Source: Tetramitus jugosus
Lineage: Eukaryota > Protista > Heterolobosea
Assembly: GCA_937625935.1 (NCBI GenBank)
Contig: OW569392.1
Coordinates: forward strand, 186,001-250,000
Reading direction: 5' to 3'
Length of the DNA stretch: 64,000 nt
Part shown: piece by piece, positions 11,024-21,504 of the stretch
Layout of the letters: each line of letters starts with the position of its first letter
Position numbering within the stretch: position 1 is the stretch's first letter
The notes under the pieces: generated by a model
The model's database searches: none
What the model was told of the DNA's origin: nothing
What the model saw: the letters and a program-made list of their open reading frames with translations, nothing else
Position numbers and translations under genes: made by a program

Positions 11024-11191
11024 TCGAATACAAAAATTCGTGATTTTTACTAGTACAAACAAGAACCGAAACCAATGGAAAAGCTCTCAAAAACCGTTCT
11101 GTTCAGTCTGCTCATTTGAAGAAACCTAATTCGTGTTATTCCAATCCAATTCCTTGAGATGAATATTGACTTTGAACCGGAATAAAGTAAA

Positions 11192-11611
11192 TTAATTGCT
11201 TACCTTCTTATTCAAGCTTAAGCTTTCTCGTTTTAACACATGGAGAAGTGTCTGAGAAGACTCCAAAATCTTGTTGTACGCTGCCTCTGTCTCTTGCAAT
11301 GTTTTTTCATACTCTTGTCTCGCTTGATGCTTTCTGCCCAAGCTGTCATTGATCCTGTTTAGTTTATCTGTCAAGATTCGCAGGTCATTTTGGATCTTTA
11401 CTTTCTCTTCTTCCTCTCTCATAATTTGACGATTTGTTTCGTCTCTTCTCAACCTCAGTTCTTCAATACCTATACACAAGCAATAGAAACAAGTAAGAGT
11501 AAGATGTAAGAAATGACTATTGATCTTTGGGATGCTGTCAACAGAATGTTCAACAATACATTTTACGAGTTGGTTGTTTGTGTTTTGAAGTGTAGCTCCC
11601 TGTTGTGCCAT
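11192..11611 (-). CDS. SSNA1: SSNA1/NA14/DIP13 microtubule and basal-body coiled-coil protein; exons 11611-11560 and 11469-11192
   Basis: Spliced product reads [18 protein letters not shown]|[35 protein letters not shown]. 90-nt in-frame GTATTG..TAG intron at 11470-11559. Confidence 0.92.
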   Translation of the reverse strand: MAQQGATLQNTNNQLVKCIVEHSVDSIPKINSHFLHLTLTCFYCLCIGIEELRLRRDETNRQIMREEEEKVKIQNDLRILTDKLNRINDSLGRKHQARQEYEKTLQETEAAYNKILESSQTLLHVLKRESLSLNKKVSN

Positions 11612-11879
11612 TTTACCAAATCAATTCTGTCTCTATGTTTGTTTTGTGGTTTTCGGAAAATGAACCGACAGATTTTCTGTAGTTGAAAGAAACCGCCCAG
11701 AGATCTGAGAAGTAATAAAGTGATGCAAGACCACGACCTAATAGCTAATATGGGATCCCTTCCAGAGTTATTGTCTCTGGAAGAAGGAAGAGATGTTGAT
11801 CCAACTTGAAGCAATTTCCAATTCTGCAAACATGCAAAGCAACTCACAAAAAAAAGAGAGAAATAGCTCCAATCAAAGG

Positions 11880-13115
11880 ATGAGCAGCACGAAGATAACA
11901 ATCCTCCTATTGTTCATTGCCCTCTTCCAACCCGCCCATTGGGTGGTTGTGCACGGCAAAACATCGCAACCTTCATGGACCCAACTATCCGATCAATTGC
12001 CCATTCATTTCGATGCTTCTTTTGCCTATTTCGAAAGAACAAGTGATATCATGGTGTACGGTGGTGTGAATCAAGACTTTGCAATTCTCGATGACATGTG
12101 GCTGTTCAATATGAACAACCAAACGATGAAAGCTTTGAGCAAGAATATTGAAAAACCATCTCCAAGGAAAGAAGCTGTAGGCTACTCATGCGACCACGAT
12201 TTGTTTGTGATTGTGGGTGGAACAAAGAAGGATTCCAATAGCGACAAGCCAGTGATTACAGGTGAAATGTTCTACTTTTCCAATTTGAAGTCATCCTCAT
12301 CTGAGCAAGAGTTCTCTGGTCAGTGGGCTCAATATCAACACGAAGGAGAGAAATGGACAGCTCGTACTGGTCACACTGGTGCTTGTATTCGCGATAATCA
12401 ATACTTGGTGATGTTTGGTGGAGAACGTGCCGATGGAACGTTTTCTAATGAAGTTACAGTGTTTAATGGTGCAGAGTGGGTGAATATCCCACATCGTCCA
12501 TCATCAGACGCTCCTTCACCTCGAAAGTATGCATCGATTGCTTCTGTTCCAATCAGAGATGCACATGGATATCAAATTGATGACTCGATTGTGTTGTTTG
12601 GTGGCTTGTTGAAGCCATCTGGCGTCGATCGTGAGTTCTGGCAGTTCAGATTCAGTACTCGCACCTGGACTCTGCTTTCCAATGGCACACTTGCCGGAGA
12701 AGCTTACCCTGAACCAAGAAACACTCAAAACATGTTTTATGACTCCAAGATGAATCAACTGGTCATGTTTGGAGGCGAAGATGCGAAGGCCAACGGAATG
12801 AATGATTTGTGGACCTACAGTTTCGCCTCCCTTGTCTGGAACAACATTGAAACTCCAGCTCAGCCTCCTGCCCGACTCGGATCTGGCGGAGTGCTCCTCA
12901 ACACTCAACCTCTCTCGCTTGCCGTGTTTGGAGGAATTTCTGGTTGGACCAAAGCAAGTGGCAAACGTGTGTTGGGCGACATGTGGCACCTCAAAACCGC
13001 AACCACCTCATCACGCATTCACCCACCAACAACACCCACCTACTCCAACATTCACCGACTGCACCACCATCGCACAAACAAGCACAAGAACAACAAGAGA
13101 TTCAAATTTGCATAG
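11880..13115 (+). CDS. Secreted Kelch-repeat beta-propeller protein
   Basis: Hydrophobic signal peptide MSSTKITILLLFIALFQPAHWVVVHG; about six Kelch blades (VYGG..DDMW, PSPR..IVGG, ARTGH..MFGG, LFGG, MFGG..NDLW, VFGG..GDMW). Confidence 0.85.
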   Translation: MSSTKITILLLFIALFQPAHWVVVHGKTSQPSWTQLSDQLPIHFDASFAYFERTSDIMVYGGVNQDFAILDDMWLFNMNNQTMKALSKNIEKPSPRKEAVGYSCDHDLFVIVGGTKKDSNSDKPVITGEMFYFSNLKSSSSEQEFSGQWAQYQHEGEKWTARTGHTGACIRDNQYLVMFGGERADGTFSNEVTVFNGAEWVNIPHRPSSDAPSPRKYASIASVPIRDAHGYQIDDSIVLFGGLLKPSGVDREFWQFRFSTRTWTLLSNGTLAGEAYPEPRNTQNMFYDSKMNQLVMFGGEDAKANGMNDLWTYSFASLVWNNIETPAQPPARLGSGGVLLNTQPLSLAVFGGISGWTKASGKRVLGDMWHLKTATTSSRIHPPTTPTYSNIHRLHHHRTNKHKNNKRFKFA

Positions 13116-13136
13116 TTCAATCTTGTAAAAAAAATC

Positions 13137-15455
13137 ATGCTCAAAAAACTTTACAAGGCGACACCAAGATTGCACTTCCGTTCCACAGCGACATCACCAC
13201 TGTTGAGCAAAGTTCAATTTTCCCATTTGACCACCCATCAAAACCAACAACCATCACCACTTTTATTATCATCACCAACAAGCACACAGCTGAGATTATT
13301 CTCCAACAACAGAATGAGCAGTGATAAATCAAAGGACAAGACCTCCACTCATGAGAAATATGAGTTAATTGGTCAACAACTACAAGAAAAAAAAGCCTTG
13401 TTCAATGACAAGATTGAAGAAATCAAGGTATTGAAGGCACAAGAGCCTCAAGACAAGGAAGCGATCAAAAATTTGGCTGCCTTCGTCAATAAAATCAAGG
13501 AAGAAGTCAATCAGTTGACAAAGGAATGGTTGAGAGCCGATCCTGATAAGCTTCACATTGACAGAGAAGAATTCAATGATTTGTTGACTCGTAGATTCTT
13601 TGTTGTTCAAAGTTTTGAAATTTATGGATCTGTGGCCGGTTTGTACGATTATGGTCCACCTGCCTGTGCCATTAAGGCCAATTTGTTGAACTTGTGGAGA
13701 CAACACTTTATTTTGAATGAAAACATGTTGGAGTTGGATTGTGTTTCATTGACACCAGAGGTTGTGTTCCAAGCGAGTGGTCACGTGGCTAGATTTGCTG
13801 ATTTCATGGTCAAGGACGAACAGACTGGCGAGTGCTTTAGAGCAGACAAGTTGATTGCTGAGTTTATTGAGGGACAATTGGCTCTGCCTGATCTCCCTGC
13901 TCAAAAACTTGATCAATACAAGGAAGTTTTGAAGAAGGTGGACGGTATGGGTAGTCATGACCTCGGTCAGACCATCAAGGATTTGTCCATTACTTCCCCA
14001 ACCAATGGTAACCCATTGTCCGAGCCATACGCATTCAATCTTATGTTTGCCACTCAAATTGGTCCAACTGGTAAGTTGACTGGTTATATGAGACCAGAGA
14101 CTGCTCAAGGTATTTTTGTCAACTTTAAGAGATTGTTGGATTACAATGGTGGTAAGATGCCATTTGCTGGTGCCACAATTGGTCAAGCTTATCGTAATGA
14201 AATTGCTCCAAGATCCGGTTTGTTGAGAGTCAGAGAGTTCACATTGGCTGAGATTGAGCACTTTTTGAATCCAAACGACAAGAGTCATCCAAAGTATGGT
14301 GATGTGAAAAATATTGAATCAAACTTTTTCTCTGCTGCTCTACAGAACGCTGGTAAGACCTATCAGAGAATGACCATTGGCGAAGCTATGGAGAAGGGTA
14401 TTATTAAGAACGAGACTCACGCTTACTTTATCGGTAGAACTCAATTGTTTATGAACGAAGTTGGTATTTTGAGCAACGGTATTCGTTTCAGACAACATTT
14501 GAGCAACGAAATGGCTCATTATGCATCTGATTGTTGGGATGCTGAAATTTTGACCAGTTATGGTTGGATTGAAGTTGTCGGTATCGCTGATCGTTCATGC
14601 TACGATTTGGAAGCTCACAGCACAAGCTCAAAGACTGACTTGGTTGCATTCGAAAGATTCGACACTCCAAGAATTGAACACGTTGTTGTTGTCCAAGAGA
14701 ATAAGAAGACTTTCGGTAAGACTATGGGTAAGAAGTCGAAACCAGTTCTTGAGTATTTGAACTCTTTGTCCGACGCTAAGAAGATGGATCTTCAAAGTCA
14801 ACTTGAAGCAGATGGTAAGATTACTATCACTGTCGAAGATGAGTCTATTGAATTGAGCAAGGACTTGATCGGATTCGCCAAGAAGGAGAACAAGATTATG
14901 GGTCAAAACTTTACTCCTGGTGTCATTGAACCATCATTCGGTATCGGTAGATTGATCTACTGTTTGTTGGAACACGCATACTGGGTCAGAAAGGGAGCTG
15001 AAGAAGAAGAAGAAAAGAAGGGCAAGAAGGCTGGAGAAACATTTGTTCCTCGTGCCGTCCTCTCTCTTCCTCCATTGATTGCACCATACAAGACTGCTGT
15101 GTTGCCATTGTTGAGCGATGAGAAATTGTTGCCTCATGTGAACTCTCTGTCTCAATTGTTGGCCAAGGAGAACATCAGTTTCAAGGTTGATACATCTGGA
15201 CAAACAATTGGTAAGAGATATGCTCGTTGTGATGATGTTGGTGTTCCTTTTGTCATCACTGTTGATGAGCAAGTGTACGATGATGTCGTTACTCTGAGAG
15301 AACGTGACTCTTGTGAACAAATTAAGGCCAAGACCAGTGAAATTGTTACCGTGATCAGAGATTTGGTCAACAAGCAAATCACGTGGCAGCAAGTTGTTGA
15401 AAAGTTCCCAAGACAGGAGCAGACTGCTTCAGCTAAGGTCGGAAAGCAAAAGTAA
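13137..15455 (+). CDS. GARS: Glycyl-tRNA synthetase (eukaryote alpha2 type) with N-terminal mitochondrial-like presequence; alternative start at 13314
   Basis: SFEIYGSVAGLYDYGP, YMRPETAQGIFVNF, RNEIAPRSGLLRVREF, EMAHYASDCWD, VIEPSFGIGR and anticodon-binding TIGKRYAR. Confidence 0.97.
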   Translation: MLKKLYKATPRLHFRSTATSPLLSKVQFSHLTTHQNQQPSPLLLSSPTSTQLRLFSNNRMSSDKSKDKTSTHEKYELIGQQLQEKKALFNDKIEEIKVLKAQEPQDKEAIKNLAAFVNKIKEEVNQLTKEWLRADPDKLHIDREEFNDLLTRRFFVVQSFEIYGSVAGLYDYGPPACAIKANLLNLWRQHFILNENMLELDCVSLTPEVVFQASGHVARFADFMVKDEQTGECFRADKLIAEFIEGQLALPDLPAQKLDQYKEVLKKVDGMGSHDLGQTIKDLSITSPTNGNPLSEPYAFNLMFATQIGPTGKLTGYMRPETAQGIFVNFKRLLDYNGGKMPFAGATIGQAYRNEIAPRSGLLRVREFTLAEIEHFLNPNDKSHPKYGDVKNIESNFFSAALQNAGKTYQRMTIGEAMEKGIIKNETHAYFIGRTQLFMNEVGILSNGIRFRQHLSNEMAHYASDCWDAEILTSYGWIEVVGIADRSCYDLEAHSTSSKTDLVAFERFDTPRIEHVVVVQENKKTFGKTMGKKSKPVLEYLNSLSDAKKMDLQSQLEADGKITITVEDESIELSKDLIGFAKKENKIMGQNFTPGVIEPSFGIGRLIYCLLEHAYWVRKGAEEEEEKKGKKAGETFVPRAVLSLPPLIAPYKTAVLPLLSDEKLLPHVNSLSQLLAKENISFKVDTSGQTIGKRYARCDDVGVPFVITVDEQVYDDVVTLRERDSCEQIKAKTSEIVTVIRDLVNKQITWQQVVEKFPRQEQTASAKVGKQK

Positions 15456-15523
15456 ACTCAAAAAACATTTTCATTCAAACAAACAATTTTTGAAAACTGT
15501 TGAAATCAGTCAAAGCTTTCATC

Positions 15524-16474
15524 ATGAACATACAGGAGAAAGAAATGAGCGTGGCTGTATGTCAATTTGACTCTGAATTCAAACAACCTCAGAAGAACAT
15601 GCAGAAAGTGAGCCAATTTCTAGCTGGGGCAGAGGAAGACTTTGATTTAATGGTTTTGCCCGAGATGGCCTTCACAGGCTACTGTTTCGAATCACCTGAA
15701 GATGTTGATCCATATGCAGAAGATGTATCATTGCTGAGATCTCAAGTAAGTGACCATAAGACAATGAAATCGGATTCCATTGCTGTTGAGCTCGATACTA
15801 CTTCCTGTTACTCGTTTGTACAATCTATTGCCCTTCGGTTCCAGTGTATGGTCATATGTGGATTTCCTGAAAAAGTTATTGAGAGTGGCGATAATGTAAA
15901 GTATTATAACAGTGTCTATGTCATGGACAAGGAGGGACAGTTGCTGCATGTGTACAGAAAGCATTTCCTTTATACGACGGATAAAGCTTGGAGTCAACCA
16001 GGAGAATCTTTTCTGTCATTCGATACGTCAATAGGTGATCAAGATTTAAAACTTGGTGTAGGCATTTGCATGGATATCAATCCATTTGATTTTGTTGCTC
16101 CCTGGAACAAGTTCGAATGGGCCAACTATCACAAGAAGCACAAAAGTCAGCTCATTGTATTGAGTGCAAACTGGTTGGACAACACGGATGATGAAGATAT
16201 TTTAACTCCAGCCCAAGAGAGAAGAGAAGTGATCTCTAGTCAAACGTATTGGCTGCAACGGTTAGAGCCACTACTGGATCCAGAATACAGCGTTTGTTAC
16301 TTTATTTGCGCAAATAGGACGGGACGTGAGAAGGAAGTAAAGTTTTGTGGTAGTAGCTGTGTAATGTCTCTCGGGAATCGTCCTGGTATCTATCTGTCAT
16401 TTGGGCGTAAGGAAGAGGGCTTACAGGTCGTTCCAATACCATGGCTTGCACCAACCGTCCAGACAAAACAATAA
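15524..16474 (+). CDS. NTA1: Nitrilase-fold protein N-terminal amidase (Nta1-like, N-degron pathway)
   Basis: E-K-C triad contexts [24 protein letters not shown](F)DF..PW..FE, plus ANRTGRE..FCGSS, matching the Nta1 subfamily pattern. Confidence 0.82.
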   Translation: MNIQEKEMSVAVCQFDSEFKQPQKNMQKVSQFLAGAEEDFDLMVLPEMAFTGYCFESPEDVDPYAEDVSLLRSQVSDHKTMKSDSIAVELDTTSCYSFVQSIALRFQCMVICGFPEKVIESGDNVKYYNSVYVMDKEGQLLHVYRKHFLYTTDKAWSQPGESFLSFDTSIGDQDLKLGVGICMDINPFDFVAPWNKFEWANYHKKHKSQLIVLSANWLDNTDDEDILTPAQERREVISSQTYWLQRLEPLLDPEYSVCYFICANRTGREKEVKFCGSSCVMSLGNRPGIYLSFGRKEEGLQVVPIPWLAPTVQTKQ

Positions 16475-16562
16475 AATTTCACAATCGGAACAATCAAACC
16501 AACCAACAAGAAGAATCAAACTTCCACTGTTTAGTCGATCTCGTGTGAACAGCTATCCAACA

Positions 16563-17588
16563 ATGAGCACCAAAAAAGCAAACGCACCCAATCCAATCGT
16601 CTTTCTCGACATATCAATCAACAATGCAGCCCCGGAGCGCATTGAAATTGAATTGATGGCCAACACTGTGCCAAAAACATGTGAGAACTTTAAACTTTTG
16701 TGCACTGGTGAAAAGAAGGGATTTCACTACAAGGGCTCCAAATTCCATCGTATCATACCCAATTTCATGTGTCAGGGTGGTGACTTTACCAAGGGAGATG
16801 GTTCCGGAGGTAGATCCATCTGGAATGGTAAATTCAAGGACGAAAACTTTAAGCTCAAGCATGATCAGCCCTATTTGTTGTCCATGGCCAATTCTGGTAA
16901 GGATACGAACGGTTCTCAGTTCTTTATTACCACGGTTCCATTGCCAAGATTAGATGGAAAGCATGTCGTGTTTGGTAGAGTAGTTTCAGGTCAGAATGTA
17001 GTACAAAAGATGGAAGCTCAAGGCAGTGACGACGGATCAGTAAAGTCTTCAGTGGTGATTGTAGACTGTGGGGAAAAGGTGGAGCAGAAGAAGGGTGATT
17101 TATTGTTCTTCAATGTGGCCATCGATGGAAAAGAAGCTGGTAGAATCACATTCAAGCTGTACGATGATGTCGTACCATTGACTGCAGCCAACTTTAAGGC
17201 CATTTGTCTCGGTGAAAATGACAAGAACTTGACGTATAAAAACTCTGTGTTCCACAGGATTGTTCCTGGATTGATACAGGGAGGTGATATCACTAATGGA
17301 GACGGTACAGGTGGTGCATCCATCTATGGACCAACATTCAAGGATGAAAACTTTAGAAGAAAGCACAACAAGCCGGGTCTTTTGAGCATGGCCAACAATG
17401 GAACCAAAAATGCCAACTCTAGCCAGTTTTATATCACCACATCAAATGCTGAGTGGCTTGACTCAAAGAGTGTTGTCTTTGGAGAGGTTATCGATGGTAT
17501 GACTGTCGTAAGACAATTAGAAAAGTGTGGTGATGCTAGTGGCCAGGTATCAGTAGATGTTCGTATCACCGATTGTGGAGCTGTTTGA
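16563..17588 (+). CDS. Tandem double-domain cyclophilin (two PPIase domains)
   Basis: Domain 1: [39 protein letters not shown]. Domain 2: [39 protein letters not shown]. Confidence 0.93.
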   Translation: MSTKKANAPNPIVFLDISINNAAPERIEIELMANTVPKTCENFKLLCTGEKKGFHYKGSKFHRIIPNFMCQGGDFTKGDGSGGRSIWNGKFKDENFKLKHDQPYLLSMANSGKDTNGSQFFITTVPLPRLDGKHVVFGRVVSGQNVVQKMEAQGSDDGSVKSSVVIVDCGEKVEQKKGDLLFFNVAIDGKEAGRITFKLYDDVVPLTAANFKAICLGENDKNLTYKNSVFHRIVPGLIQGGDITNGDGTGGASIYGPTFKDENFRRKHNKPGLLSMANNGTKNANSSQFYITTSNAEWLDSKSVVFGEVIDGMTVVRQLEKCGDASGQVSVDVRITDCGAV

Positions 17589-18030
17589 ACACTCAACACT
17601 CAATATCTTCGTTCACCCTCACAGTAAAAATAGTTCAATAGATTGATATGGGCATGTCAATCTGTCCGGTCTATTGAACAATTCGTACAGTCTTCATCCG
17701 CTGTCCACCACAGAGAGTCCTTCCAAACGGACCAAAAAAAGCTCAAAGCGGACAATAGATACGATCAACGATAGCAGAATTGTATCAATAAAAACATACA
17801 GCTAAAAAATAGCGATCACCAACAAACCTTCACCTTCTACTACCCCACACCGACAACTACTCCCAATACCAATTGTTTCTCCTTTCCCTCACCAATCATC
17901 TTCTTCTCCTCCTGCTACCACCAACAACAACAACAACAACAAAAACAAAAAGCTAACACAACAAAAAATAACAACAAAATCTACTTGAGCTAGCTCTGAC
18001 ACCATTTAATAAAAAAAAAACCGATAAAAA

Positions 18031-19470
18031 ATGATGATGAATACGAATATGAATTCAGTACCCATGGCTGCGAACAATCCATCATCATCCTTGATGTTTA
18101 CTAACCCCATGCAAGCCAAACCACAACAACAACAACAACAACCACCACAATTACAACAACCATTACAACAACATTCACCAGTTCATGCACAACAACAACA
18201 ACAAGATCCAACAAATGCACTATCCGCTCAACGACTCCAACAACAAATGAACACTTTTAAATTTGGTACAACAGACAACAGTTCAAGCATTCCATTGAGT
18301 GATCCAAACTATTGGCAAATGAGAGACTTTGAAATGTTGGAAACGTTGGGCACGGGAACGTTTGGAAGAGTGAGACTTGTGAGGCACAAGCAAACACAAC
18401 AGTACTTTGCGATAAAAATTATGAAAAAAACAGATATTATACGATTGAAACAAGTGGAGCACATTATAAGTGAAAAGGGTGTTCTTTCGGTGATTAATCA
18501 TCCGTTTGTAGTCAATTTGTATAAGACGTTCCAGGATGAACATTACTTGTACATGGTGATGGAATATGTTTGTGGTGGAGAATTGTTTTCTCATTTGAGA
18601 AAAGTGGGAAAGTTCCCCAATGATGTAAGTTACAATTGATTTTTTTTTGTTGTTGTTGTTTTTGTAATTGTTTTTGTAATTGTTGTTGTTTATGTGATGG
18701 TCATTGTGAATGCATAAATTGTTTGATTGAATGTGTTTGATTTCATTAACACTGGTGATGAACAAAATGAATAATGACTTTCATTTGATTTGTTGATTTG
18801 TTTCATTATTTTGATGATTGATTCAATGGTAAAGGTTGCCAAATTTTATGCTGCTGAAATTATACTTGTGATTGAATATTTGCACAGTAAGCATATTGTG
18901 TACAGAGATTTGAAGCCTGAGAATATTTTATTGGACACGAAGGGTCATGTGAAGATTACGGACTTTGGATTTGCAAAGAGAGTCATGGATCGTACTTGGA
19001 CGCTGTGTGGCACACCAGAGTATTTGGCACCAGAAATTATTCACTCCAAGGGTCACGGCAAAGCAGTGGACTGGTGGGCCTTGGGTATTCTGATATATGA
19101 GATGCTTGTTGGTTATCCACCATTCTTTGATGAGTCTCCATTCAAGATTTATGAGAAGATTCTGGCTGGTAGGATCGAATTTCCTCGATTCATGGATCCA
19201 GCTGCCAAAGATCTCATCAAGAAGCTGTTAACACAGGACAAGATGAAGAGAATTGGTAACTTAAAGAATGGTGCGGCAGATGTCAAGCAACACAAGTGGT
19301 TCAGAGGAGTGGATTGGAACGATTTGTACAATAAGCTCATTCCTTCGCCAATCCCCGTCAAGGTTTCATCCGCAGGAGATTCTCGATACTATGAAAAGTA
19401 TCCAGAGAGTGTGGAAACGCAGAGTGGAACATTACCGGCCGATGTTCAAGCACTGTTCGAGTCATGGTAA
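18031..19470 (+). CDS. PKAC: cAMP-dependent protein kinase catalytic subunit; exons 18031-18624 and 18835-19470
   Basis: LGTGTFGRV, IIRLKQVEH, YRDLKPEN, DFGFAK..TWTLCGTPEYLAPE, KAVDWWALG. GTAAGT..AAG intron 18625-18834 joins KFPND|VAKFY. Confidence 0.95.
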
Positions 19471-19541
19471 CCATGCAGAGAGTTTTGTTACTGAAACAAG
19501 CAATAAAAACAAAAAAGTTTCAAATCTCCATGTGATCAAGT

Positions 19542-20919
19542 TTATTGTTCTTCATTTTCTCTTCTGAACAATGCGTTGGCCAAGTACAACTTACTGACTT
19601 GCTCGCCAGCAACCTTGTTGATCTGTCTGCAAGTGTGGTTCATTTGATAGGAAAGGAGCAGAGTTTCCAATTGAGATGGTTGTTGGATAGATCGAATGAA
19701 TTGATCTTGTTCTTCTACCGATCGATCTCCCTTCTTTTGGAGGAACGTCTTGTGAGACATAATCCTCCTTTGGTACAATTGATATTTGTTTCTTTCATTG
19801 TTCAAATCATCGGAGCACTCTAATAAACTCTCCAAGCTCTTCTCCAAAAAGTTGTTGGAGCTCAAATCTAAATTATCAAACTCGTCGTCAAACACTGCGC
19901 TAGACTCTTCATTCTTCGCTATTTCGAACAAGAATGCCTTGACGAGGGAAATGTTGTGAATCACAATTGGCAACTCTTCAAAAATCTCCTCACTTGTCAT
20001 GTTCAACTTGATCAAGACGTCTTGAATGATTTGAACACGGCTAATGGAAGCTGGCAATGAAGAATCATGTTGAGAGACAGCAGTAGGGTTAGCAGAGACC
20101 TTTGCACCCAACTTCTTCTTCAATTCATCAACAATGACTTGTTCAGCAATGCTCTCCTTGACCAAGTCAAAGAACTTTGCAGTGAGACGATAGGCCTTGA
20201 CAAACAATTGACCCTTTCTGGTTCTCACAGGGTCAAAAACAAGGTGAACACACTTGTCTCCAAACTCCATTTGATGTTGATACTGTGCATCAATAGTCTT
20301 TGCGTTCATAAAAGACTCGAGGAATGTGGATTGATACCATCCAACTGTATTGCAATCCACATTGACATCACGCAAGCACTTTAGCATGTCGACTTGATAT
20401 CGTCGTTCATCCTCCAAGAAGGATCCTGCCAACTCTGCAGCTGCAGCAGCAGCAGCTGAAGAAGATGAAAAAGATGAAGAAGAAGCAGCAGCTGAAGAGT
20501 CATCGGCAATCATTGGGAAACAATTGGTCACTTCCAATGTTTCTCTCTTGTTCAATCCCAACAAGATACCGTTCACTGGGTTAGGTACCTTGTCACTGCA
20601 ATGATTGATCATTTTTAGGAGGACCTATCACACAATCATCAAAAATATTGTAAAATAAAAAAATGGTTTTTTTGGCGCCAAAAAAAGGATCAAAAAAGAG
20701 TGTGGTTAGTTATGTGGTCGATAGATCACACGCATCATAAAGAGATCAGAGCATGTGATGAGAAGACAAAAAGCTTTTTTGTCATTTTTTCAATTGAAAA
20801 AAACATACATTAGCATCGATTTGAACGGTTGTAACGGAAACTTTGTCATTTGATTGAATTTCTTGGACAGATTCCTTGTCTAATTGAAATGGTTGTTGTT
20901 GTTGATATGGAGAAGTCAT
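19542..20919 (-). CDS. EIF3H: Translation initiation factor eIF3 subunit H (MPN-); exons 20919-20809 and 20624-19542
   Basis: VQIDAN|VLLKMINHC, GILLGL..LEVTNCFP, YQVDMLKCLRDVNVDCNTVGWYQS, IFEELPIVIHN. GTATGT..TAG intron 20625-20808. Confidence 0.93.
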
Positions 20920-21504
20920 GTTTGATTGGTGTATTGGTGCTGATGTGCGTTTTAAGTGTGTGAGCAAAGTTTTTGTGTGTGGAGAAATTTGATCATTTGT
21001 CCGACTAGGTGAAAGTTCTTTTCACAAATTGTAGAATCAACCTCGATGAGGAACCTTCTTGGAAATGGTTGAACCTTGAAGAATGCGGAGAGTCCTGCAA
21101 AATTCACACAATGAACAGAAATCTCCGAAGTCAGGTGCAATGCTCGATACTTTTGAGTGTCCACAATCGTTTATCACCAAGCATGCTGTTCAATACACCT
21201 ACCACCACCAGACATTCTCGCATCGGTGTCACCGAATTCTGAATGGAGATTCAAATGCCCAAAATTCACGCAGACCACGGGAAAATAATTTGTTTTTCCT
21301 GAGCGTGCGGTTCAAAAGCACGTGCCCTTTGGGTCATCAGCACAGCGCTCAAACTCCGCGCACCACAATGCAATTCTGCCAGTGCTAGGAGGAGTTGGGA
21401 TAAACAAAAACGAAAAAAGAAACAGAGAGCCCATCACACAGCGTGTTCCGTTCAAACCCATTTGATATTTATGCGTTCTTCATTTCACTGAAAACACACA
21501 CAAA

